Origin: Octopus sinensis
Lineage: Eukaryota
Length of the DNA: 64,000 bases
Direction of reading: 5' to 3'
NCBI RefSeq assembly: GCF_006345805.1
Contig: NC_043003.1
Location: forward strand, 86,428,001-86,492,000
The position numbers and the translations under genes are program-made. The notes below the pieces were generated by a model, which ran no database searches, was not told where the DNA came from, and saw only the letters and a list, made by a program, of their open reading frames with translations. Of the stretch, positions 14,141 to 26,389 are shown one piece after another; position 1 is the stretch's first letter; each line of letters begins with the position of its first letter.

Positions 14141-14744
14141 TATGGAATAACATAATATATGTGTATAACGACAAACACAAAATCAAATATGCACAAATAT
14201 TATACAACATATATATGTACAAAGATAAAGAAAATCAAACATACACATATATACCAGTAACTTAAAATTTCGAACAGAACCATATCCGAGAATTTTGTTA
14301 TAATAAATCATAAACAATAATATTGTATGAATTCTTTTGACACTGACATTACTCTCTCATGTTAAAGGTGAAGTCATATATATAAATTTTATTCAATGTG
14401 TCACTCCCTTTTCAGCAAGTAACATTTCGAAGCTAACGAAACGTTTGAGATAGAGGCAAAGTATCAAATTTAGATTATATCCAGTCTGTAAGAGAAGTGC
14501 CTTGTCATATCTTACGAACATACATGAAAAACATCAGACGAGGTGGTTTAGGAAAACGACGTTTAATTTGTCGGACCATTATCTTTGTCAGTATATTATA
14601 ATTTCTACTGAATTCTTTGCTTTATTTCATATAATTGCTTACGTTCTGTGTAAACAACACACGTGACGTAATCTTACATGTAGTCGAAAGCTAACTGATG
14701 CATGTTATTTAGACGTGTTGTTTACACATGTCATAATCTTGATG

Positions 14745-14889
<145 letters not shown>

Positions 14890-15060
14890 TCAGATGGTAT
14901 TTATGAACATTTAATGCATCGCTACGGGCGTCTCGACAAATCACATGTCTCTTAAGATCACAGACCTTATTCCTGGTATGATAACAGTGTTTTCCGTAGT
15001 ATCCATGAGCATCAGGTTGATCATTCTTCATGGATTCATTTCTTCAGGTGATACAACATT
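14890..15060 (-). mobile_element. Probable LINE 3' end of unassigned family with (AAT)n tail; related copy at 51770-51905
   Basis: The two dispersed copies share ATGAATCCATGAAG..TGTGATCTTAAGA.ACATGTG..GTAGCGATGC.TTAA on the minus strand. Confidence 0.4.
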
Positions 15061-15307
15061 AATGGATGTACAACAGAGGGATGCTTCTCTATTTTGACCG
15101 GTATGAAGGCTGAATGAGGTATATCGGTACAGCTCTATGCAACCTCAAAATACAGGTTCGCTAATCACCATCATTAGACTGATGCCGGCATAATGGAATT
15201 GGTGCATTATTTGTATATCCAAGACATTTGCCGTAGAAAAAATTAGAAGATATGTATGTATATGTGTGTTTGTGTGTGTATGCGTGTGTGTACAACACAA
15301 ATGGAGG

Positions 15308-15390
15308 TTCGCTACAGCTGTTTCAAACGTGTTTTTTTATTGATGAAGAAATCAATTACATCATGTAAAGAACCGTTTTCATCGGGTGAA
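15308..15390 (-). ncRNA. Type I hammerhead-like motif, U4C core variant, long loop II
   Basis: Minus strand: TTCAC CCGATGA AAACG (~44 nt) CGTTT GAAAC AGCT GTA GCGAA; palindromic stem III ACAGCTGT; stem I has one mismatch. Confidence 0.55.
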
Positions 15391-15653
15391 TTATAATTAA
15401 AATAATATTTAACATTTATGACTTTTCAACTTAAACATGTAGTTATAAAATGATGTCAAAATTTTCGCCGTATTTTCGTCGCTCGAAACTGCAACTTGTT
15501 AACGGGCAAAAGATTGGATGTAGCAAAATTCTTTGTCGGTGAACAGGTTGCGTTTCGAGCAACGACTATTTTGATACAATATTACAAATAGATGTATAAG
15601 TCAATAGTTTTCGTGGCTAACTGATATCTTTCATGCTGCAGTGGGTATATATA

Positions 15654-15708
<55 letters not shown>

Positions 15709-15710
15709 TG

Positions 15711-16030
15711 GGTGTGTTGTAGTAGTAGTAGTAGTAGAAGAAGAAGAAGAAGAAGAAGGAAGAAGAAGAAGAAGAAAGAAAAGAAGAAAAAGAAGAAAGG
15801 AAGAAAAAGAAGAAGAAAGAAAAGAAGAAAAAGAAGAAAAAGAAGAAAAAAGGAAGAAGAAAAAAAAGAAGAAGAAGAAAGAAGAAGAAGAAAAAAGAAG
15901 AAGAAGAAGAAGAAAAACAAGAAATAAGAAAAAGAAGGAGGATGAGGAGGAAGAGGAGAAGAAGAAAGAAGAAAGAAGAAAGAAGAAGAAGAAGAAAGGA
16001 AGAAATAAGATGAAGAAGGAGAAAAATTAG
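15711..16030. repeat. Purine-rich (GAA)n-type low-complexity tract
   Basis: Directly visible; source of spurious E/K/R and F/L ORFs. Confidence 0.9.
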
Positions 16031-16279
16031 GAAGAAAGAAGGCGAAGAAAAAAGGGAAATATAAATAATTGAAATAAAATAAAAATTAAAATAAATATGA
16101 TAAAGATAAGAATAAAAATAAGACTACTAGTAACTGAGAACAGAAGAGGAAGGAGAGTTAAGTCCATCAAGAATAAAGAAATGGAATATTTTGGAGTGGT
16201 CAATATTGTTGTGACTTGTCAAAAGATGATTTGAGCTCAACTATTCTATTCAGTTCTCACACATGGATTGCTATATATT

Positions 16280-16327
<48 letters not shown>

Positions 16328-16577
16328 ATATATATATATATACATATATATACATACATACATATACTAACATGCGTACACGCCTCTTAGCCCTTAAATC
16401 ATTGCATGTACGCACACATATATATAAGCATATATATACACACATACACATACACATACATATACATATATATACACACACATATATATACACATATCAA
16501 CATACAGACATAGATATACATATATAAATATACACACACATATACATATATATACACATATATACATTCAGACATAG

Positions 16578-16610
<33 letters not shown>

Positions 16611-16685
16611 CAGACCTACATATATACACAGACCCACATCCGTGCACATGCATACATACATGCATCCCACACACACATATATATT

Positions 16686-18808
16686 TGGGCTATGACTTTT
16701 TCACAACCTAATAATCCTATACTGTAATTCGATGAATAATTTCATAAAAGTCGGGAAACTAACATTTATTATGCTTTATTTTTAAAAATATTACCAAACT
16801 TAAAAACTTAAGTTAACTTAACTTTAAAAAAAGCACCTAACTTAAGAAATTGATTATCACTTTTGATCCAAATCATGCAAAATTCTAGTGGTGGTGTGTC
16901 ATAACGCCTGCTCAAGTTTTTTTTTACTAAATTTGGTGTGCTGACTCAATGCAATGCAGAAATAGTTGAAGCAGTTTCGGCGTTATGGGTTTTTAAAACT
17001 ATAATCACTAAATGACATTAGATTCACACTCTAATCCTTGTAAACGCAAAAGAGATGTGGAATAAAGTGTATTTATACATTCTAAAGATTACTGAATTGA
17101 AACTGCAAAGGTTCAAAAGACAGTGGCTCCTACATGCATTCGATAACATACAAAATTTAAAACAATACATATTTTTAACTTTATAGGTTTAATTCTAATT
17201 TTAAATTACTGTATAAGAAAAAGGGTGCTGAGTGTTAACAAATAATTAATATGATTTGTTAGATAAAATACATCGAAGCTGAAGTTTCTCCTTTTTACAA
17301 GCATCATAAAGATCGTGAAGGCACTTGATTGCCCGTTCTGTACTCAGATTTGTTCTAGTAATTTCCAGTTTTTATGGTTCTGGACTTCAAAAAAGTTAAA
17401 TGCTTTTTTATGAACTTGTGGGCTACCACATAACTTCTGATAATCAGGTGCAATGAACATTTGGTCAGTAAACCCAAAATCTACCCTATGAATCGAGAAA
17501 CATTGAGAAGCAAAACTCATTTCTCTGGTAGCAGAATAAATGCCAAAAGAGTTAGTATTGCTCGAGAATTCCATCTTGCATTACTTAAGTTGAGTATTTT
17601 TTGAAACTTTACAGTGGGAAATTTGCCGGCTTCTTCAAATGAAATAGAAATTTCATATCATCTCGCCATTCTGCTGATTCAGGAATCTTTTCTTCGCCAT
17701 TGTTGAAATTAGCCTGGAGTTTCTTGTAATTATTTAGAAGCTCTGGGATGAATGTATATTCAGTACTGGGAGATTACTTTTTTTTTTATCCAAGTTCGTT
17801 AACCGTTACAACACGAAGAACTCTATTAAGGATATGATGCTGACAACAAATAAATTGCCGTTCTTTTTAACCCTTTTGAGCAAACAGTCTTAGCAACTGT
17901 ATGACAATACCATGTCTTTTCCCAGTGTTCACATTCGTATCAGCGACAATCATCTTTACACAGTTCCATAATTTGTATTCATCTAAAACGGCTGTTGTTC
18001 CTTTCACAACAGTATCGGCTTTTCCTTTTAGTAATTGGAATGCTTCTAACATATCTCCTATCTATTCGTTCTTTAAAACTAGCACTTGGTATTCATGATC
18101 ATCAATACCATCAAAATGCAATGACCAATTCTCTAAACGTAGTGTTTTCTACATTTTCTTTTTTAGTTTGACAGCTTCTTTGATACTCGATCTGTTAATA
18201 CCAGATTGGGAAAGAATCTCGATATTGATTCCATCTTGCGATTATTGTCGACAAACTGTTGCCGCTTTTTTGGTTGATAAGTTGAAGCATATTACTAACT
18301 TGGTTGCAGTTCCAGTTTTGCTATACTTCTTCCTTGTTTCTGTGTATATTCTACATCTGATTTTTCGGACACTTGATATTCACATTCTCTCTCTGCTTCA
18401 GACGTTGATGATGACACTGGAGTTGCTCTGGTTGAAGTTGGCATTAAGGACACTTTTCTTCTTTTGGATGGATGGATAGTCTTGGAACTAGCTGCCTTTC
18501 CAGATACATACCTAACCTGTCCCTTGCTATCAATTTGAAGATACAACCTTCTTTCCTCACTGCGCAGTCATTCACGGTTTTCCTTTGTGATCTCAAAAAT
18601 TCCTTTCAATGAATCGTATTTTCCCCGTTTTACACATTTATCGTAGGTATTCTGCACTTTCTCTATTTTTGCTGGTATATTTAGAATTGATAAATATGGG
18701 AAATTTCAAGACTCACAAAGGTTATTTTCCCTAGCTATATGAAATTGTTCATCGACTTTTGATACAGGAAATTGTTTACTTCCAATGAAATCAAAAAGTC
18801 AGTACCCA
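16686..18808 (-). mobile_element. hAT-like DNA transposon with degenerate transposase and imperfect TIRs
   Basis: Ends TGGGCTATGACTTTTT / AAAAAGTCAGTACCCA. Minus-strand remnants KMIVADT(T)NVNTGKRHG and FICCQHHILNRVLRVV (DTT..NTG plus CxHH) and LQIDSKGQV..KTIHPSKRR. Confidence 0.7.
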
Positions 18809-18907
18809 TATAAGTGTGTGTGTGTGTATACACATACATACACACACATACACACACAAACACACACACACGCGCGCATACACACATACACACACACACA
18901 CACACAT

Positions 18908-19223
18908 TAGGGTTATGATTTTGATTTTATTGGCAGAAAACAATTTCCTATATCAAAAGTCGATGAAAAATTTCATATAAGTAGGGAAAAATAACATTTA
19001 TTCTAAGTTTTTCTTTAAAAAACGCGTCACTCCCAACTGAAGAAATTTAACACTACTTTTGATCGACCGATCATGCAAAATTCGAGGAAGGTTCATAATA
19101 CCTACTAAATTTGTTACCAAACTTGGTATACTGACTTAATGCAATGCAGAAGCAGTATATCTCAAATTTCAGCTTTCAAGTCTAAGTAGTTTAGGAGTCA
19201 TAGAGTTTTTAATTTGTTACCAC

Positions 19224-19226
<3 letters not shown>
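18908..19226 (+). mobile_element. Terminal fragment of the same hAT-like family
   Basis: Inverted match to 18725-18808 and direct similarity to 16686-17000 (ATCATGCAAAATTC..TGACTYAATGCAATGCAGAA). Confidence 0.6.
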
Positions 19227-19254
<28 letters not shown>

Positions 19255-19520
19255 CATACATACATACATACATACATACATACATACATACGTACGTACA
19301 TACGTACGTACATACATACATAATACATACATACATACATACATACATACGTACGTACGTACGTACATACATACATAATACATACATACATACATACATA
19401 CGTACGTACGTACATACATACATAATACATACATAATACATACATACATACATACATACATACATACATACATACATACATACATACATACATACATACA
19501 TACATACATACATACATACA
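19226..19520. repeat. (CATA)n/(CGTA)n microsatellite
   Basis: Directly visible. Confidence 0.95.
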
Positions 19521-20631
19521 CAGACTTCATTAAAACATTAAACATATTTCATTCATTGATTGTTATTATTCTAGTGGTAGACCCTTTAAGAGATTAGTCG
19601 AACATACCAATACAATTACTTTTTTCAGCTTGGTAATTATTTTTATTGGCCGGTATTTATCGAATCGCTTTTTTAAGAGACACAACAATAATTCCAGACT
19701 CAGATACATCGATAATAACATATATACAACGGTCTTGTTCAGTTTTCGTCTCATCAAATTCCATTCACCGACTATATTACTCAAACCGAGGCTATAGCGT
19801 AAAACGCATCCCCAAGGATCCGCAGAGTAACAGCAAACCGGAACTACTTGTTTAAGCCTCATATTGTATTTCGTATTAGCAGTGAATCGCGGGTTCTTAG
19901 ATCTATAGCGATGATATTGGTTTTAACGTATTTGTTATCTTCTAATTTTTGTTTATGTCATGTCTGTATTAGAAGCAATAATCTTTAAACAGTTATATAA
20001 CGTAACACATCTAAGACATTGCTTAAAGGAACTCTATATCCAATTATAAAGAAAGATACACTTTCTAATCTAGCTCAATATTTAATTATTGATATATGGG
20101 TCTTGAGCAGAATATTTAACGGAAAAAGGTCCTAGGCAAATGAACCGCAATTATGTGTCATTCAATATTTATAATTATCTTCATAGAAACCGGTTTATCT
20201 CAAGGGCATCCACTATTAGGAAGGTAAGAAATTTATTTATCATTAAAGCTTCTATCTAAAACAAGGTGAGATCGAATATCGAACGAAAATTGCTGGTAAT
20301 AAAAATCCGTTTAATGTAGTAGACGCACGTGAAATAAGTCAAGCAGGGTCTGAAAGATAAGGGAGTGACTGTAACTCAGTGCGAAACAAAATATCGCGAA
20401 GTACTTTGAACAAAATACACCAGCGTTTCGAAGTTTTTGCTGATGTTTGCTTTTCTTAAAGATTAACATCAATAAAAGTGACATATGAACAAATGTACTC
20501 ATACTTACACACATGCATATATATATAAACCGATATATATATAATATATACATAGGTATGCATATATATATATAAACAGATATATATATATATAAACCTA
20601 TACATATATATATATATATTATATATATATA

Positions 20632-20676
<45 letters not shown>

Positions 20677-20698
20677 ATGTTACATTACTCGGTAGTCA

Positions 20699-20761
20699 AG
20701 ATAAAACTCTGAGTTTCAGATGCCGAAGTGGAAATCCACAACACCATCTCTTCGGTTATCT
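20699..20761 (-). ncRNA. Type I hammerhead-like motif, U4C variant
   Basis: Minus strand: AGATAA CCGAAGA GATG..(GTGG ATTT CCAC hairpin)..CATC T GAAAC TCAGA GTT TTATCT; 6-bp stem I; extra U before GAAA. Confidence 0.5.
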
Positions 20762-20808
20762 GGCTATTTGAAAACGTTATGAAAAAATATAAACAAATAT
20801 ATATTCAT

Positions 20809-21501
20809 AGAATGGTTGTATACTGTCAATCTAACACGAACGTGACAGTAGGGGGTACACCACCGCTGTATAGCCCTAGGAAGCATCGACGCCTCCTGAT
20901 GGCTTTGACACATTTTTCCCTGTGTCCTTATATACATTTACGAAGGGGAGACAAACATCCCCGGCCGCCGGAGCTGCATCTAGGGACACATGTTTCAGGA
21001 TCATTGTCCTTCATCGGCCTAGAGTAGCAGACACCGGTCAGCTGGCGATATTTGTCTCGACTTCGTATTGTATATATCTATAATTCAGTGAAGTCTATTC
21101 ACTGATTATCAAAATAAGAAATACTAAATTTCTAAATCTCTCGTAGAGACATGTACGGTAGTGGGGCGATAGAATGGTTGTATACTGTCAATCTAACAGG
21201 AACGTGACAGTAGGGGGTACACCACCGCTGTATAGCCCTAGGAAGCATCGACGCCTCCTGATGGCTTTGACACATTTTTCCCTGCGTCGATGCTTCCTAG
21301 GGCTATACAGCGGTGGTGTACCCCCCTACTGTCACGTTTGTGTTAGATTGACAGTATACAACCATTCTATCGCCCCACCACCGTACATGTCTCTACGAGA
21401 GATTTAGAAATTTAGTATTTCTTATTTTGATAATCAGTGAATAGACTTCACTGAATTATTGATATATACAATATGAAGTCGAGACAAATATCGCCAGCTG
21501 A
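20809..21501 (-). mobile_element. Retrozyme/pLTR-like element: ~360-nt period direct repeat plus a ~217-bp fold-back arm
   Basis: 20809-20923 recurs at 21169-21283; 21038-21254 is near-perfectly inverted at 21284-21501; HHR at 20979-21023. Confidence 0.75.
20979..21023 (-). ncRNA. Type I hammerhead ribozyme candidate (U4C), GUC cleavage triplet
   Basis: Minus strand: TCTAGG CCGATGA AGGA CAATGA TCCT GAAAC ATGT GTC CCTAGA; stem I extends past an internal loop (CTGC/GCAG). Confidence 0.7.
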
Positions 21502-21869
21502 TAAAATTCGAGATAATTTCGAAGATAATGAATTTTTAAAACAATAGCATTATCTGCTTTTGACTTAAGAAATTCTGAACTGCTCAGGAATATTTTTATG
21601 TAAGGTTTTAAGCTAAAGGACTTAGTTTTCAGCGGCTACGAATTTTTAGACATAATCTATACCAATGGTTTAAAGGTCTCTTCCTCTCTCTTTCTCTATT
21701 TCTCTGTCTCTTTCTCGGTATATGTATGTATATATACAAATATATATATATATAGAGAGAGAGAGAGAGGGAGAGGGAGAAAAAGAGAAAGTGAGAGTGA
21801 CAGAGAGGGGAGAAGAGAGAGTTATTGGTATAGGTACATGTTCTCTAGATTTATATGGGCATAAACGCT

Positions 21870-21906
<37 letters not shown>

Positions 21907-21924
21907 GTATATGTATATATATAT

Positions 21925-22000
<76 letters not shown>

Positions 22001-22138
22001 GTATATGTATATATATATGGATATATATATATATATAATATATATAATATATATATATATATTTCTATATGATATATTATTTATAAATATAAATGTATGC
22101 CATATATAAGTATATGAAGTTGAAATATACATATTTAT

Positions 22139-22169
<31 letters not shown>

Positions 22170-22220
22170 TTATATATGTATATATATATCTTGATATACA
22201 TATATATATATATATATATT

Positions 22221-22314
<94 letters not shown>

Positions 22315-22611
22315 AGAGGAAAAGTTTTTTCGGAATAAAAATTTTGCAATTAAGGACAACTACTTAATAAGGAAAACTTAACAAGAAATTGTCAGGTAGA
22401 TAGCGTAAAAACCTCATAAGAGAAAAAATTTCGAAAATAATTATTTCTTATTGAACATATTAATTTATATATAGAGGGCATAATTATACATACATGCCAG
22501 GAGGCATTATATATACATGCCAAACGCTAGGAGGGACAATCAGTCATTTCTACCAAAAATATTACTAATCCCACCGAATGCAATTTTTCAAAGTAAGACA
22601 TTTAAAAATAT

Positions 22612-22659
22612 AGGCCTGTATCACAGTGATTTCATACTTACGTAATCATCAGCAGGCCT
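22612..22659 (-). ncRNA. Type I hammerhead ribozyme (inverted copy)
   Basis: Reverse complement of 23054-23101. Confidence 0.82.
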
Positions 22660-23053
22660 GAATGTATTATAAATAAACAACGACCCTGCCTCGCTTAAGC
22701 CGAACAGCTAACTGATCAACATCAACGAAGCACATGGGTGAGTTTATATATATTACATCCGGGTGAAATTAATATGTTCAATAAGAAATAATTATTTTCG
22801 AAATTTTTTCTCTTATGAGGTTTTTACGCTATCTACCTGACAATTTCTTGTTAAGTTTTCCTTATTAAGTAGTTGTCCTTAATTGCAAAATTTTTATTCC
22901 GAAAAAACTTTTCCTCTCCCGAAATGCAATTTTGTAAAAGTCTGCCATTCACCGGATGTAATATATATAACTCACCCATGTGCTTCGTTGATGTTGATCA
23001 GTTAGCTGTTCGGCTTAAGCGAGACAGGGTCGTTGTTTATTTATAATACATTC

Positions 23054-23101
23054 AGGCCTGCTGATGATTACGTAAGTATGAAATCACTGTGATACAGGCC
23101 T
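23054..23101 (+). ncRNA. Type I hammerhead ribozyme, predicted cleavage after AUA (23094)
   Basis: AGGCCTG CTGATGA TTAC GTAA GTAT GAAA TCACTGTG ATA CAGGCCT: 7-bp stem I, intact CUGAUGA/GAAA/UH core, GNRA-capped stem II (U-U at 10.1/11.1), palindromic stem III. Confidence 0.85.
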
Positions 23102-23535
23102 ATATTTTTAAATGTCTTACTTTGAAAAATTGCATTCGGTGGGATTAGTAATATTTTTGGTAGAAATGACTGATTGTCCCTCCTATCGTTTGGCATGTAT
23201 ATATAATGCCTCCTGGCATGTATGTATAATTATGCCCTCTATATATAAATTAATATGTTCAATAAGAAATAATTATTTTCGAAATTTTTTCTCTTATGAG
23301 GTTTTTACGCTATCTACCTGACAATTTCTTGTTAAGTTTTCCTTATTAAGTAGTTGTCCTTAATTGCAAAATTTTTATTCCGAAAAAACTTTTCCTCTCC
23401 CGAAATGCAATTTTGTAAAAGTCTGCCATTCACCCGGATGTAATATATATAAACTCACCCATGTGCTTCGTGATGTTGATCAGTTAGCTGTTCGGCTTAA
23501 GCGAGACAGGGTCGTTGTTTATTTATAATACATTC

Positions 23536-23583
23536 AGGCCTGCTGATGATTACGTAAGTATGAAATCACTGTGATACAGGCCT
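23536..23583 (+). ncRNA. Type I hammerhead ribozyme, predicted cleavage after 23576
   Basis: Identical to 23054-23101, 482 nt downstream. Confidence 0.85.
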
Positions 23584-24079
23584 ATATTTTTAAATGTCTT
23601 ACTTTAAAAAATTGCATTCGGTGGGATTAGTAATATTTTTGGTAGAAATGACTGATTGTCCCTCCTAGCGTTTGGCATGTATATATAATGCCTCCTGGCA
23701 TGTATGTATAATTATGCCCTCTATATATAAATATATATATATATATATATTGCATAGATTTGTATAGGTATAAATTATTGATGATATTTAAGCAAGAGTA
23801 TAGGAAGAAAGAAATTACGCAAGTCAGCAGATGATGGTAATGTAGAAAACGATGAATATGTAAAGCAAGAAGTGACAAATTATCAGAAAGTGTATGTCTT
23901 CCGTGATGCTCATATCAGATACCACCACTTTTCTGTTACCGTATGTAATCTCTGCCAACAATGCATGTTCTTGTATGTTTTTAATTATTTGAATTCTTCC
24001 ACTGTAGAAGAAGATTGCTTCTAACAAACTGACAAAGCTTCATCGCTGGAATACAAATAACAAAACTAATGTCATATTT

Positions 24080-24735
24080 TAAGCTTGAGGAGAGTTTTGC
24101 TCATGTTTACTGTACCACATACAAATAGCATTTGTAATGTGCGAGTTAGTTGGTTGATTTCTTTTTCTGAAAATCCAAGTTCATCCAAATTGTCGCTTAG
24201 GCTTTTACTCGCAAAACCAAGTGCATCAATTATTATTTGTTATAAATGTGAATTAGTAATCTGGATATCGAAACGGGAGGTTTCGAAGCAGTTATCGATA
24301 ATTATCCTCTTTCTTTTGATTTTTAAAGAGATATTCACATCAGCAGGACAGCTAGTCTACATGACGATATATACCCTTTCTTGTTCCCAAACAACAATGT
24401 TTAGCCTGTTATGGTAACGCTTGGCAAATATTTTGATTGGACCATTCCACAAGTATTCCTTGTATTGAAGATTGTGTATGTATTCACTAACAATGAGATT
24501 CTCTATATTGATTTCCCGACAGTAATTTTTCCGAATGTTATTGTGTATTGTTCTTACATCAAAGTCGTATTGTATAGGGTGGTGGAACCTTGATGACATT
24601 TTTGGACATCTGGTAATCACATGTATAATGTCTTCCACAGAAATATGACATAACCTACATTTTCGGTTGCATCTTGGTGCTCCAAGGGCTTCACTGCATT
24701 TTTGTTTATTAGGCATCTCGTAGCAATCTCCAGTT
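24080..24735 (-). pseudogene. R4/Dong-like non-LTR retrotransposon C-terminus (CCHC plus restriction-like endonuclease), degenerate
   Basis: CRLCHISVEDIIHVITRCPKMSSR.., HNRLNIVVW.., SCPADVNISLKIKKKEDNY..RYPDY..IIDALGF..LQMLFVCGTV; stops and frameshifts. Confidence 0.8.
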
Positions 24736-25971
24736 CTTGGATTACAAATGCATAGCCTTCGGAGTTTGTACGTATATTTATGTGAAGGCACCTGACCTAG
24801 TCATTTGCGATTTGTCCTCAGCGTCGCAACATTGTGGCTTTGATACCAAGATCGAGCAGTGTTTTTGTGTTCTTGAGCAAAACATTTCATTTCAGGTTGC
24901 TCACGATCACTTCGACATTTAAAGAGTCGGACACCTTGCAACCGTAGAAGCAATATCAATTTGGTCTAGGAAGTGGGCTAAAGTACATCAGAAAGTTTTG
25001 TTTATTATAAACAAATCATCCGTTCAGGTTGTTCTACCATCACTCACTTATTACGGAAGAGCCATCGTATGTATGTCCACTATGTTTGTATATCCACTAT
25101 GGATGTGTGTACATATATACTCATACATCATAATTAACATAGTTGCTGCTATAGGTGAGTAGCTGTTATCTCTAGCAGTCGAGCGTCCATCACCGATAAG
25201 ACCAAGGAAGGCGGAAATCACTTGACATAGTAGTCTCAGTGCTGGACTTGGTGGGGATCTATCTCCCAGCTATAATATAAACAAGCCTAGATGACAGCTT
25301 CTCTCGTGGTATCTATCGCAGTATAGTTCATATTAATTTTAAGTGAGAATAATTTTACATAGTGTTTATGTATTGAAAGCAGTATATTATTAAGTCGGTA
25401 AATTCTACTGTTGACTTCAGATACTTTAAAGCCTATTGTAGTAATAGCTTGGGCAAGGAAGGGACTCGATACGACTGGATTTCCCCTGTTTATGCAGCTG
25501 CAAATGAAGAAGAAATATTTAACTGGGTTTCAATGGATATTATAGGACTTGCTATAAGTATTCAATATTTCAAATGGACATTAGGACATCGTTGCAGTCT
25601 TGTGTTCGACAAGACAACCAGTGAGAAACTTTGGAAAACAGTCAGCTGTCTAGATAAAATGGAATCAAGTATTTAAAGCCAACCTAGGAAAAACTGATAT
25701 ATGTCAATAAGAAAATATTTACATTTTCTCTTGAGCCATGCTTCGTGACAGAGATATAGGCGTTGTACGCGTAGATGTCATTTTCACAATCGTATAGTAA
25801 TTCAAGAAATTCATAACATAAAACACAATAAAAAGGGAAGGAGAAACAGACAGGAGTGAATTACAATTTACGATTACCTTCCAGCTATCAATGTATATAT
25901 ATATATATATTATATATATATATATATATATACATTCGTTAGAAAATCAGAGATTTATGTATTTACATCAC

Positions 25972-26024
<53 letters not shown>

Positions 26025-26389
26025 ATCCATCTAGCTATCTCTCACACTCTCTCATCCTCCCTCTTTTCCTCCTCCACTTTCTGTCTCCTTCTCTCCCCAC
26101 TCTTTCTTTCTCTATACATATAGATACCTACATATAAATCTCTTGATTCACAAGAAGCGATAAATTACAGGATTAGATGCAAATGCAAGGTATTTTAGAA
26201 TATATTATAACTGAATGGATCCAATTTCTAGTACTTAAAGTTGTTCGTTTCTGATTCATTAGCTGATAAACCGAGTCTGCTTTTCTTCTTTTTGTTTTTT
26301 GGAATACACATAGTCAAGAAACATTTTTCGAAATATGAAATGAAAGTTTGAAGGAAATGCTTATACTTATGTTATTTTGTTTAAGCTAC

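Larger units (their letters stand above)
22312..23730 (+). mobile_element. Retrozyme-like array: one inverted ~456-nt copy (22312-22767) plus two tandem ~482-nt copies (22768-23248, 23249-23730) in (TA)n
   Basis: Near-identical copies directly visible; each carries one HHR; no meaningful ORF. Confidence 0.88.

Noticed and set aside
22312-23730. CRISPR or simple-satellite interpretation of the repeats
   Set aside because: Eukaryotic context, no repeat-spacer pattern; the unit contains an HHR and an inverted copy.
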